From the IMG/VR virus record IMGVR_UViG_3300037790_000089, positions 1 through 39,498 of that record: a stretch of 39,498 nucleotides of DNA. One strand, 5' to 3'. The notes under the pieces were generated by a model that was given only the letters and a program-made list of their open reading frames with translations, had not been told where the DNA came from and did no database searches. Each line of letters opens with the position of its first letter. Position 1 is the first letter of the stretch. Source of the DNA: a virus (taxonomy: Duplodnaviria; Caudoviricetes). Below are positions 27,044-35,899 of this stretch, in pieces. Both the position numbers and the translations under genes were made by a program.

Positions 27044-27758
27044 CGCGCGCCTCCGTATCTGCGGCGGGCGCATTCTGCTTTCGCAGGTTGGCAAGTCGGG
27101 CGCGGCCCGCCTCGGTGATGGTGTGAAACTGGCAGCGGCCCGAGCGGCGCACCTCGATCAGCCCCTCCGCTTCCAGACGGTCGCGAACCGTGGCGAAAAC
27201 ACGCCCTGAAGTCGAAAGCGCCCGACGCAGCTCATGGGTCAGAAAGGCGCGCTCATCCAGTCGCTGGAGAATGCCCTGCTCCAGGGCGAGGGGCGACGGA
27301 CGGCGACGCGCGCCGGGCATGGATACTGGCGGACCATAGACCTCGGCGTCCGTCTCGCCCGCCATGGCCTTTCGGACAAAGGCGCGGGTCTCCGGGTCCA
27401 GCTTCCAGCCCATGGCCTGGACGGTCTCGATGCGGATGCCGAACGGCGCGAGCCGCGCCCGGATCTGGCTGATGTAGACATCCAGCGACTGCAGGCTCGG
27501 CTCACACCCGCCCGGCCAGCTCTCGATCAGAACAGCGCGCGTCACCAGCGCCCGGCTTCCCAGATGGCGAACGATATGGGCCAGCCCCGGCCTCAGATTC
27601 CATGCCGCTGGTCCGCAAGACGACAGCTCATCCTCAAACCGCTTCTCGGACTCGAAATAGGCCAGCCTCTCCCGCGCTTCATCCAGCTCGCGCCGAATGC
27701 GGTCATACTCCGACCGCTGCACAAAGCCGCGCGGGGCTTGGGCCAGGGTCGCGCTCAT
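27027..27758 (-). CDS. OmpR/PhoB (CtrA-like) winged-helix protein lacking a receiver domain, with a second wHTH
   Basis: SLDVYISQIRARL..FGIRIETVQAMGWKL; C-terminal RLEAEGLIE...HTITEAGR. Confidence 0.75.
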   Translation of the reverse strand: MSATLAQAPRGFVQRSEYDRIRRELDEARERLAYFESEKRFEDELSSCGPAAWNLRPGLAHIVRHLGSRALVTRAVLIESWPGGCEPSLQSLDVYISQIRARLAPFGIRIETVQAMGWKLDPETRAFVRKAMAGETDAEVYGPPVSMPGARRRPSPLALEQGILQRLDERAFLTHELRRALSTSGRVFATVRDRLEAEGLIEVRRSGRCQFHTITEAGRARLANLRKQNAPAADTEARDGTSH

Positions 27759-27862
27759 ATCAGCGCCACCGCAATCAGGGCGACGCCAAGCGTCAGCGCG
27801 GCGACACAGCGCCAGCCGTGCGGCGTCAGCGGGATCAGGGGGCGGGAGAGACGACGGCTCAT
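27755..27862 (-). CDS. 35-aa single-TM microprotein
   Basis: MSRRLSRPLIPLTPHGWRCVAALTLGVALIAVALI; ATGA overlaps at both ends; below the ORF track cut-off. Confidence 0.55.
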   Translation of the reverse strand: MSRRLSRPLIPLTPHGWRCVAALTLGVALIAVALI

Positions 27863-28044
27863 CGCTTATCCCCCTTCCACCAGTAGAGCAGGCACAGCCC
27901 CGCAGCGCCCAGGCACAGCGCCTCGATCCAGTCGCGCGCCTGCCCGTCGACAGCGCGGGTCAGCATCATCGCGCCCACCAGCAGGGCCAGCGCCTTCACC
28001 CAGCCTTTCAGGTCAAACAGCCAGCGCAGGAAAGCCGTGATCAT
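27859..28044 (-). CDS. Small two-TM membrane protein
   Basis: Two hydrophobic segments; overlaps neighbours; GGAGGG RBS. Confidence 0.6.
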   Translation of the reverse strand: MITAFLRWLFDLKGWVKALALLVGAMMLTRAVDGQARDWIEALCLGAAGLCLLYWWKGDKR

Positions 28045-29192
28045 CGCGCGCCCTCCCCGATCCCCGCCGGAAAGGCGTCATGGGTCTGGCCGTCGAGGGT
28101 GCGGCCTGCGGCGCGCTTGCCCACCTTCGCGGTCAGAACCGCCCCCGGCCTGAAGACGTCACCGGCCAGCGCACCATCCGCTGGTCGCTCGAACCGCTCC
28201 CCGGTCCAGTGCTGCAGCCCCTTCAGATCCAGCGTCGGCAGGGGCGGGACCAGCCGCCCTTCCGGATCTATTTCGCTGGGTACGTGATCGCCCCATTGCT
28301 TGAAGAAGAAGGGCGTGCCCGCCGCCGCGCACTGATCGCGCAGGCTTCGGATCCAGTCCGGATGCACCGGGCGCGCGCCCTTTCCGGACTCCCCGCCTGC
28401 GATCACCCAGTCGAGCCCGGCCTCATCCGATGCAGCCCCCGCCGCTCGTGCGATGCCCGGATGCCAAAGCATGACCGGCCCCAGCAAGGGCTCGCAGCTC
28501 ACCAGCCGCACAGCGGCGGGCGTGTTCAGCAGATCCGGGATGCGCTCATCGGCGCGCGTCTGATCCTCGACGCTCACCCCCAGCCAGACATTGGGCAGCG
28601 GCCAGCGCGATTGCGCGTCACCCGACGTGTCGGGATAGCGCAGCATGAGGGGCGCATTCATCGGCGCCGCATCGCCCCGCCAATTGGACACACGCTGCAG
28701 GGCGTCCGCCAGCGGCGAGGCCAGCATGGCCTTGACGTCCAGCCCCATGACCTGCGCCGTCCGCGTCTCCAGATACTCCCGCATCCGGGCCGAGCGCTTG
28801 GTCAGGATGATGAAGACATGCTGCGGGCACAGCGCCATGACGGCGAAGACCAGATCGATCCACCAGTCCGGCGCGTCCTCATGGAACAGATCGCCCATGG
28901 AATTGACGAACACCGCACGCGGCTTGCGCCAGCGCAGCGGGGCCGTGATCGTCTGTTCCGGGGCATGGGCCAGCTTGCCCGACCACACCGGCCCGGCCTT
29001 GCTGGGCCGGGTCGTGCCCGCATAGTGCGGCGTGTTCGGATTGCCATCGAGCCGCGCACCCGCAAGGCGCATGGCGTAACAGTTCGTGCAGCCGGGGCTG
29101 ATCACGCTGCACCCCACGACCGGGTTCCAGGTCTCGCCCTTGAAGCCGGGGATGTGCGTCCATTCGATGCCGGTGTTATGCGCAGCCATCAA
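28041..29192 (-). CDS. DUF5131 (phage Gp37/Gp68) family protein
   Basis: IEWT, TWNPVVGCSVISPGCTNCYA, VFVNSMGDLFH, WVIAGGESG and FFFKQWG motifs. Confidence 0.9.
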   Translation of the reverse strand: MMAAHNTGIEWTHIPGFKGETWNPVVGCSVISPGCTNCYAMRLAGARLDGNPNTPHYAGTTRPSKAGPVWSGKLAHAPEQTITAPLRWRKPRAVFVNSMGDLFHEDAPDWWIDLVFAVMALCPQHVFIILTKRSARMREYLETRTAQVMGLDVKAMLASPLADALQRVSNWRGDAAPMNAPLMLRYPDTSGDAQSRWPLPNVWLGVSVEDQTRADERIPDLLNTPAAVRLVSCEPLLGPVMLWHPGIARAAGAASDEAGLDWVIAGGESGKGARPVHPDWIRSLRDQCAAAGTPFFFKQWGDHVPSEIDPEGRLVPPLPTLDLKGLQHWTGERFERPADGALAGDVFRPGAVLTAKVGKRAAGRTLDGQTHDAFPAGIGEGAR

Positions 29193-29485
29193 TACCTCCC
29201 GCGCGGCGTTTTCAGGGCTTCGCGCAGGCGCATCCGGCGGGCGATCGTCACGATCTCCCGCGTGCTGACCTCTTGCGCATCCAGCTCCTCCACCGCGCGA
29301 CGGCGGCGAGACAGGCTGATGTCGTAATGGGGGCGCTCGGTCTTCGGCGGGCCCTGATACCAGTCGCGTTTCAGACCCAGCCGGTCCGCCGCGGCGTGCA
29401 ATTCTTCAAGGCTGTCCGCCGTCATATGGCACATCTTCATGCGCCCCAGCGGGTGACGGGGATCATCGACATAGAGCGCCATCAC
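29189..29485 (-). CDS. DUF4031 family protein
   Basis: YVDD...MCHMTADSLEELH...LGLKRDWYQ...HYDI. Confidence 0.85.
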   Translation of the reverse strand: MMALYVDDPRHPLGRMKMCHMTADSLEELHAAADRLGLKRDWYQGPPKTERPHYDISLSRRRRAVEELDAQEVSTREIVTIARRMRLREALKTPRGRY

Positions 29486-29982
29486 CGCCCCTCCCCCGGC
29501 TCGAGCAGACCCTGCGCGATCGCGCGCACCTGGGCGACGGCTTCCATCGCCTCATCCAGACTGGAGATCAGGCCGGGCAGGTCATCGCCCGCATCCAGCC
29601 GCCCATTGTCTTCAAGCGCCTCGCCCGCCTTGCCGATGGCTTCACCCAGCTCCTTGAAAAGGGCGGAGAGCGCTTGCGAGCCTTCCGCCGCCGGGTCGAT
29701 CGCGGGCAACGGGATCACCGTGCAATGCAGCAGCGCCGCCATGGCGCGCAGATGCACCGGCTCATCCAGAAACCGGTCGAACTCGACGGCCCGGTCAATC
29801 GGCAGACAATGATCCGCCGCCCCGTTCTGATTGCCGCTCAGACACCGGCTCAACGTCCCGGCGTCATAACCGGACACGTCGGCGAACTCTTTCCGGGTCG
29901 CGCCATGGCGCTTCAGCGCCAGTTTCGCAGCACGCCGCAGCGCGCTCCGCTCCCCGGCAGTGGTGATGCGGTCCGCGCTCAT
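29482..29982 (-). CDS. CII-like phage regulatory protein
   Basis: Follows cro; HTH then LPID, and KELGEAI helical domain. Confidence 0.6.
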   Translation of the reverse strand: MSADRITTAGERSALRRAAKLALKRHGATRKEFADVSGYDAGTLSRCLSGNQNGAADHCLPIDRAVEFDRFLDEPVHLRAMAALLHCTVIPLPAIDPAAEGSQALSALFKELGEAIGKAGEALEDNGRLDAGDDLPGLISSLDEAMEAVAQVRAIAQGLLEPGEGR

Positions 29983-30377
29983 CGTGCGCCCCTTTGCTGT
30001 CCGGATTGATCGCCAATTTCAGGGGCGAGAATTGAATCGCGCGCCATCGCGGTTCCCGCGACTTTGGGGCCATGACCTGCACACGCCCCCTCACCCGCGC
30101 CGATATCGCCCGCCTCGCCCGCCTTCTCGGCCTGCGCCCCGACCCCGCCCGCGACCGGGCCGTCGCCCGCCGCCTCAGCGTCGAGCGCGTCGAGGGCGGT
30201 TTCGATGGCGGCGAGGTTTTTCAGGGTCCGCGACGTCCAGCCCGGCTCCTGCATCTTGCGAAGGGTCGACTCCCCGACGCCAGACAGGCGCGACAATCGT
30301 GAGCGCGACTGTGCTGCGGCCTGAAGCCGGTGATGAACCGCCGTTACGGCGCTCTCAATTCGGGAGGTCTGAGGCAC
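29979..30377 (-). CDS. Cro-like HTH protein
   Basis: Divergent from cI; RSRLSRLSGVGESTLR HTH; GGAG RBS before GTG 30377. Confidence 0.65.
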   Translation of the reverse strand: MPQTSRIESAVTAVHHRLQAAAQSRSRLSRLSGVGESTLRKMQEPGWTSRTLKNLAAIETALDALDAEAAGDGPVAGGVGAQAEKAGEAGDIGAGEGACAGHGPKVAGTAMARDSILAPEIGDQSGQQRGAR

Positions 30378-30410
30378 AGAACACGCTCCGCTTAACCAAA
30401 ATCGGAGCGG

Positions 30411-30463
30411 AGGATTCGCATTTTTTTGCGATCTGTCAACAGAGCGCTCGCAAAACAGCGCGA
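30411..30463 (-). promoter_or_regulatory. PR-like promoter with operators
   Basis: TTGACA (30439-30434)-N17-AATCCT; operator TCGCATTTTTTTGCGA at 30416-30431 and variant TCGCAAAACAGCGCGA at 30448-30463. Confidence 0.8.
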
Positions 30464-30500
30464 GCGCGGCGCGTGCTTTTGCGTGGTAACGAGACACCAA

Positions 30501-31139
30501 ATGCTCGATTCAGATGAGAAACGCGAAGCTCTCAAGCGCTTCATGGAGGCCCGGGGCCTGACCGTCGCCGGCTGGGCCAAATCCGCCGGGATCCCTGAAT
30601 CCACCCTGCGCATGCACCTTAAGGGCGTAAGCCGGAACATGCGGAGCGACACCGAGCGCAAGCTCGCGAACGCCGCCGGCGTTTCCGTCGATGCCCTCTA
30701 TGGCCTTGATTATGGCGCGCCTCTTGCGAGGCATCAGGTCTGGGTCAAGGGATATCTGGGCGCGGGCAACGCGATCCAGCTATTTGAGGCAATGGGCGAA
30801 AACGAAGGTTTCTATGAAGTATCAAGACCGCCGGGCGTCCATGGGGACGTCAAGCTGATCGCCATGGAGATCCGCGGCGGATCCATGCCGCCTTGGCGTG
30901 ATGGCGATGTGGTCTATTGCGAGCAGCGCGATCATGTGGACGTCCAGGCCATACTGGGCGAAGCGTGCATGGTCGAGCTGGAAGACGGCGGCATGCTGTT
31001 CAAGGAAGTCCAGCAAGGCTATGAGCCGGGCACCTTCAACCTGCTCAGCTGGGACGGCTCGCCCATGCGGATGAACATGAAGATCCGCCGGGCCATGCCC
31101 ATGGTCGCCGTGGTGCGCAAGGCGCAGGCCCGGCTCTAG
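30501..31139 (+). CDS. cI: CI-like repressor (HTH plus S24 peptidase)
   Basis: WAKSAGIPESTLR HTH, LGAG cleavage-site motif, IRGGSM serine and FKEV lysine. Confidence 0.9.
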   Translation: MLDSDEKREALKRFMEARGLTVAGWAKSAGIPESTLRMHLKGVSRNMRSDTERKLANAAGVSVDALYGLDYGAPLARHQVWVKGYLGAGNAIQLFEAMGENEGFYEVSRPPGVHGDVKLIAMEIRGGSMPPWRDGDVVYCEQRDHVDVQAILGEACMVELEDGGMLFKEVQQGYEPGTFNLLSWDGSPMRMNMKIRRAMPMVAVVRKAQARL

Positions 31140-31414
31140 TCTTCAGACACAGCAGGGACAGAGGACGCCCGCTCCACGTCAGCGGCGGCGGTGTCGCCTT
31201 GCACGGCAGGTGTCAAACGATCCACGACCACCCCGACCGCTGACCAGACCGCACCCGCCACAAGACAGGCCGCGCCTGCTATGGCGTGCAGGGTCTTCAT
31301 CTGCATCATTTCATAATTGACGGTCTGGGAATATTGCGGGGCGCTCGGCGCGCCATAGGCGAACAGAATCAGCAAGGCGCCCGCGATCACCATGAAAATG
31401 CCCCAGCCCTTCAT
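31136..31414 (-). CDS. Small two-TM membrane protein in the immunity region
   Basis: AAGGGG RBS before ATG 31414; two hydrophobic helices; TACACT -10-like box at 31455-31450. Confidence 0.7.
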   Translation of the reverse strand: MKGWGIFMVIAGALLILFAYGAPSAPQYSQTVNYEMMQMKTLHAIAGAACLVAGAVWSAVGVVVDRLTPAVQGDTAAADVERASSVPAVSED

Positions 31415-31477
31415 GTGAAATTCCCCTTTTGAGTGTGCCAATTCGCTCCAGTGTAGATTTTCGGCACGCCCGCGCAT

Positions 31478-31528
31478 TCGCATTTTTTTGCGTTTCGTGT
31501 TGACGTTCGCATTTTTTTGCGAAATGCT
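31478..31528 (+). promoter_or_regulatory. PL-like promoter with two operators
   Basis: Operators TCGCATTTTTTTGCGT (31478-31493) and TCGCATTTTTTTGCGA (31507-31522); TTGACG (31500)-N17-AATGCT. Confidence 0.82.
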
Positions 31529-31641
31529 CCCCCTCGTTCCGGGCCCTCCCCCCTCACACCCGGAACACAGCCATGGAGCGGGGCGCGACACCACCTCGCG
31601 CTCCGCTCGCAGGCCGGGACAGAGGGAGACGGGAGCAACCC

Positions 31642-31938
31642 ATGACGCAACAGGTCGTAACGCTGCCGCGCGCAGCGAATGAGAACGCATGTCCGCCGCC
31701 CGGACGCCCGGGCGAACTGATCCGCGAGGGCCAATGGGGCCGCGTGGTCGAGGTCAATTCGATCCGCCTCAATCAGCTGGTGGCCTTCACCAGCGGCGGG
31801 CGCACCCGGCGCGGCTATGTGCTGCGCTTCACCACCCGCCCCGGCGAACCCGCCCGCGCCCGCCTGATGGTCGCGCCCGGCTATGTCGGGGGCGGGTCTC
31901 TAGTCACCCAGCCTGTCAGCAAGCTGGAGGCGGTGTGA
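31642..31938 (+). CDS. Hypothetical protein
   Basis: GGGAG RBS; MTQQVVTLPRAANEN; first gene after PL. Confidence 0.6.
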   Translation: MTQQVVTLPRAANENACPPPGRPGELIREGQWGRVVEVNSIRLNQLVAFTSGGRTRRGYVLRFTTRPGEPARARLMVAPGYVGGGSLVTQPVSKLEAV

Positions 31939-32330
31939 TGGAGACGCGTATTCCTGAAATTGAAGCGGTCGAGCTACCGCCAGAAGTGAAAGCACCGCTG
32001 ATGGCGCTTTCAAACGCCGCAAAGCGACTGGGGCATTGCCCTCTGATCGGGCAGGACGAGAACCTGATCGCGGCAGTGATGTGCTCGGGGCTTGAAACCA
32101 CCTGGGATCATATCGCTCACGGCATCAATGGCCAGTATGCCGAAAGCGGCGTGCCCACCGAGGCGGTCGCCAACGCGCTCTCCAATTTCATAGCCGGTGT
32201 GCTCAGCAACATTGAGGACGAGGCGGTCTATGAACCGATCGCTCAGTCCCTGATCTCGGCGACGCTAGACCGTGACACGCACAAGATGATCCGCGCCATG
32301 ATGGCGGAGCATAGGGGGCAGGTTCAATGA
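31938..32330 (+). CDS. Hypothetical protein
   Basis: GGAGG RBS; TGATG overlap; METRIPE... Confidence 0.65.
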   Translation: METRIPEIEAVELPPEVKAPLMALSNAAKRLGHCPLIGQDENLIAAVMCSGLETTWDHIAHGINGQYAESGVPTEAVANALSNFIAGVLSNIEDEAVYEPIAQSLISATLDRDTHKMIRAMMAEHRGQVQ

Positions 32331-32764
32331 CCCGGCCCCCTCAAATCATCCCCGTCTCCGAGCTGGCGACGCTGACCCTCATATCCACCAGCCCGCCCTG
32401 CGCCATCACGGCCTTCGCTGATAACGGCGCTATAATCACCCAGTCCGATGGCGACGCCAACCCGCGCGGCCTCACCATCGACCAGCTTGCCGCTCTGGCG
32501 CGCTGCATCCGCGATCCCAAATTCGCGGCGCAGGGCGGCATCGGCACGGGCAACAAGCTGGTCCTGCCCAATCACAGGACCGGCCCGGGGCCGGAGATCT
32601 CGGCGCTGATCCGCGCCGGGCTGATGAAGTGCGCGGGCACCATCGATGACGGCGCCTCGGTCCAGTATTACGCCACCCCCGTCGGCGAACGCACCCTGCG
32701 CGCCTGGCGCGCGGCGGCGGCGGCGGGCCGAGTGGATGACAGCCTGCTCGGGGGTAAGTCATGA
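32327..32764 (+). CDS. Hypothetical protein, possible C-terminal winged helix
   Basis: ATGA coupling; ALIRAGLM...YYATPVGERTL. Confidence 0.6.
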   Translation: MTRPPQIIPVSELATLTLISTSPPCAITAFADNGAIITQSDGDANPRGLTIDQLAALARCIRDPKFAAQGGIGTGNKLVLPNHRTGPGPEISALIRAGLMKCAGTIDDGASVQYYATPVGERTLRAWRAAAAAGRVDDSLLGGKS

Positions 32765-33267
32765 GCACTGCGCCCTTCGCCCTCACCCCCCGACAGCGCG
32801 AGGTGCTGGACGTGCTGATCACCGCGATCGACAGCACGGGCGTGACGCCCAGCTTTCAGGAGATCGCCGACACCGCGGGACTCGGCTCGAAAAGTGAAGT
32901 CTCCCGCATCCTCGACGCGCTCGAACAGCGCGGCTGGATCGAGCGCCAGCATAACCGCGCCCGCGCCATCCGCATTCTGCGCCGCCCCGAGGATCTCGAG
33001 GCGCAATGGCTGATCTGGTCGGTGGTCAACGGTTCATGGTGGCGGGCGGATCAGGCGGGATATACCCGCGTCCTGGCCGAGGCCGGGCGCTATACGCGCC
33101 ACACCGCGCTGAGCATCAGCGGGCGCGGGCGCGATGGCTGGGACGGGACAGCCGCCCCGACCGAAGTGCCAGTCCGCCTAGAGGATGCGATGGCTGCGGC
33201 GGCGATGGGCGCAGAGATCACGTCCGCCATTCACGCGCACGCTGCCGATCAGCGGGGGTGCAGATGA
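32761..33267 (+). CDS. LexA-type DNA-binding domain fused to a non-peptidase domain
   Basis: LTPRQREVL...GVTPSFQEIA...SKSEVSRILDALEQRGWIER.HNRARAI, then WLIWS...GYT...AGRYT. Confidence 0.8.
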   Translation: MSTAPFALTPRQREVLDVLITAIDSTGVTPSFQEIADTAGLGSKSEVSRILDALEQRGWIERQHNRARAIRILRRPEDLEAQWLIWSVVNGSWWRADQAGYTRVLAEAGRYTRHTALSISGRGRDGWDGTAAPTEVPVRLEDAMAAAAMGAEITSAIHAHAADQRGCR

Positions 33268-33857
33268 CGGATACCCCCAACCCCTACCCGCCCAAAGGCG
33301 CGGATCCGCAGACCCTCAACGAGCGCCAGCTGCGCGCGGCGATCACGGGCGAGCTGCGGCGTGACATCAGCTGGCAAGCCCTGCGCGATGCGGTCGAAAT
33401 CCTCATGAGCGCGGATGACAGCTACACCGAGAACCGCCACCGCGCGCCCCTGCAATGCTTTCATTGCGGCGTCGTGTTGCAGACCCGCGTCGGAGCGACT
33501 GTCCATTTCGGCGCGACGCCAGACAGGGTCCCGCTCTGTCTCGCTCCCGAGACGGCGCGCAGCCTGCTCGAACACGCCCGGCGGGAAGTCTGCCTCGCCC
33601 CATCCGGGGAGACAGGAGAGCCCGTCCGCCGCCTGGCCGCACTCATCGAGGACGCCTGCAAAGCGTCCCCCGCATCAAACCAGACGAACAGACACCCCGG
33701 CTCGGTAACCATAGAGATCATCGACACGCCCGGAATTAAACCTGTCCTGAATCGCGGGACAGTCGAAGCGCATATCAACGAGCGTCTGGCGCACTGCCAC
33801 ACGAGCTCGGCCCAACCCGCGCCGGGGAATGCGGAAAAGTGGCGGGGGCGCACATGA
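33264..33857 (+). CDS. Hypothetical protein (CFHC...HFG Zn-like motif)
   Basis: ATGA overlaps at both ends; MTDTPNPY. Confidence 0.6.
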   Translation: MTDTPNPYPPKGADPQTLNERQLRAAITGELRRDISWQALRDAVEILMSADDSYTENRHRAPLQCFHCGVVLQTRVGATVHFGATPDRVPLCLAPETARSLLEHARREVCLAPSGETGEPVRRLAALIEDACKASPASNQTNRHPGSVTIEIIDTPGIKPVLNRGTVEAHINERLAHCHTSSAQPAPGNAEKWRGRT

Positions 33858-35899
33858 CCCTCCACACCCGCGAAATCATCGCCGACTGTTTCGCTGGCGC
33901 GGGCGGCGCCAGCCTCGGCATCTATCTGGCGACCGGCCGGCATCCGGATGTGGCGATCAATCACGATCCGGACGCCATCCGCATGCATGTGGTGAACCAT
34001 CCGGACACCTATCATTTCAATTCCAATATCTGGAATGTGGACCCCGATGATGTGGTGCGCCGGTTCGGCCCGGTCGGTCTGCTCTGGGCCAGCCCGGACT
34101 GCAAGCATTTCTCCAAGGCGAAGGGCGGACGCCCGGTCAAACGCAATATCCGGGATCTCGCCTGGACGGTGGTCCTCTGGGCGCGCCGCGCCCGCCCCCG
34201 GGTGATCATCCTCGAGAATGTCGAGGAGTTCCGCCACTGGGGCCCGGTCAGCGCGGACGGCAAGCCCTGCCCCGAACGGCGCGGCCAGACCTTTGACCAA
34301 TGGGCGGACGAGCTGCGGCGGCTGGGATACAAGCTCGAACACCGCGAGCTGCGCGCCTGCGACTATGGCGCGCCCACCATCCGCAAGCGCCTGTTCGTGA
34401 TCGCCCGCCGCGACGGCGAGCCCATCGTCTGGCCCGAGCCCAGCCATGGCGCGCCCGATGATCCGGATGTGATCGCGGGCCGCAAGCAGCCCTGGCGCAC
34501 CGCCGCCTCGATCATCGACTGGTCCCTGCCCCTGCCCTCGATCTTCCTGACGAAGGACCAGGCGCAGGCCTATTACAAGCGCACGGGCGTGCGTCTGGTC
34601 CGCCCGCTGGCGGAAAAGACCGAGGCCCGCATCGCCCGCGGCGTGAAGCGCTATATCATCGATGAGGCCGAGTCCTTCATCGTCACGCTCAATCATGGCG
34701 GCGATCATCAGCGCGGCTGGGCGCTTGGCGAACCCTTCCGCACCCTCACCGCCGCGCGCGACGCGCACGCCCTGATCACCCCCTATGTCAGCTACGCCCA
34801 GCAAGGCGGCGGCAATCGCCGCGCAACCGATCCGCTGCACACCATCTGCGCCAGCACAAAGGATCAGAATGTCATCATCGCCCCGACCGTGATGAAGTTC
34901 CGGGCCGACAGCCTCGGCTGCAAGATCGACGCGCCCCTGCCCACGGTCACCGCCAACAGCCATATCAAGCGCCCCGGCGGCGCGGCGCCCTTGGGCGTGG
35001 CGGCGGCGTATCTGATCCCCCACCCTGCCGGAAAGCCGAACCGCTATGGCTGCGGGGAATGCGGCGCGGTCTTCCATGACAAGCACGGATATGTGGCGGG
35101 CGGACTCGTCACCGCCGAATGCCCGGACTGCGGCGAGGAAGACAATGTCACCTTCCTGTACAAACACCCCGCTGAGCCGGACGCGCTGCAGGTCGCTCAC
35201 GTCGCGCCGCACATCATGACCATGCGCAATGCGGGCAAGCCCTTCACTGCGGCGAACGAGCCCACCCATACGGTGACGGCGGGCGGCGCAGGGCTGAGCC
35301 TCGTCGCCGCCTTCATGGCCCAGCACAATGGCGGGGCGAATATGGACAGCCATGCCGGGCGCGCCGTGACCCTGCCCCTCAGCACGCTCACCACCACGGC
35401 CAGCCAGCAGGCGATTGTCGGAACCTTCATGCTGACCATGAAGGGCAGCGACCGGCGCATGCGCGCCATCACAGATCCCGCCAGCACCCTCACCGCCCAG
35501 GGCGGCAACCTCTCCATGGTCGCCGCCATGATGGTCAAATATTACGGCACGGGCGACGGCCAGCATCTGGGCGAACCCTGCCACACGGTCACTACACGGG
35601 ATCGCTTCGGCCTTGTGACCTGCACGGTCAAGGGCCAGCCCATGGTCATCCACGATATCGGCATGCGCATGCTCACCCCGCGCGAGCTCTATCGCGCGCA
35701 GGGCTTCCCTGACTGGTTCGAGATTGATCACGACGCCGAGGGCCAGCGCTTCACGAAATCGGTTCAGGTGCGCAGCGCGGGCAACTCGGTCTGCCCGCCC
35801 CTCGCCGAGGCGCTGGTCCGCGCCAATGTCGAGCTGCGCGACATCACCCCATCCACCCGACAGGAAGAGGGGCCGCTATTCGCGGTCGCTGCGGAATGA
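33854..35899 (+). CDS. DNA (cytosine-5) methyltransferase, long phage type
   Basis: FAGAGG, SPDCKHFS, LENV, TIRKRLF, RAQGFP and GNSV motifs; repeated P..T.TA units. Confidence 0.93.
   Translation: MTLHTREIIADCFAGAGGASLGIYLATGRHPDVAINHDPDAIRMHVVNHPDTYHFNSNIWNVDPDDVVRRFGPVGLLWASPDCKHFSKAKGGRPVKRNIRDLAWTVVLWARRARPRVIILENVEEFRHWGPVSADGKPCPERRGQTFDQWADELRRLGYKLEHRELRACDYGAPTIRKRLFVIARRDGEPIVWPEPSHGAPDDPDVIAGRKQPWRTAASIIDWSLPLPSIFLTKDQAQAYYKRTGVRLVRPLAEKTEARIARGVKRYIIDEAESFIVTLNHGGDHQRGWALGEPFRTLTAARDAHALITPYVSYAQQGGGNRRATDPLHTICASTKDQNVIIAPTVMKFRADSLGCKIDAPLPTVTANSHIKRPGGAAPLGVAAAYLIPHPAGKPNRYGCGECGAVFHDKHGYVAGGLVTAECPDCGEEDNVTFLYKHPAEPDALQVAHVAPHIMTMRNAGKPFTAANEPTHTVTAGGAGLSLVAAFMAQHNGGANMDSHAGRAVTLPLSTLTTTASQQAIVGTFMLTMKGSDRRMRAITDPASTLTAQGGNLSMVAAMMVKYYGTGDGQHLGEPCHTVTTRDRFGLVTCTVKGQPMVIHDIGMRMLTPRELYRAQGFPDWFEIDHDAEGQRFTKSVQVRSAGNSVCPPLAEALVRANVELRDITPSTRQEEGPLFAVAAE

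Noticed and set aside
27755-28044. Small TM proteins as a holin/lysis cassette
   Set aside because: They lie in the early operon with no endolysin or spanin nearby
30392-30397. CtrA box upstream of cro
   Set aside because: Only a TTAACC half-site; no TTAA-N7-TTAA
33461-35731. 756-aa minus-strand ORF and other long antisense ORFs (e.g. 5312-6613, 24246-25619, 28080-29327)
   Set aside because: Shadow frames of motif-bearing genes in high-GC DNA; no recognisable motifs
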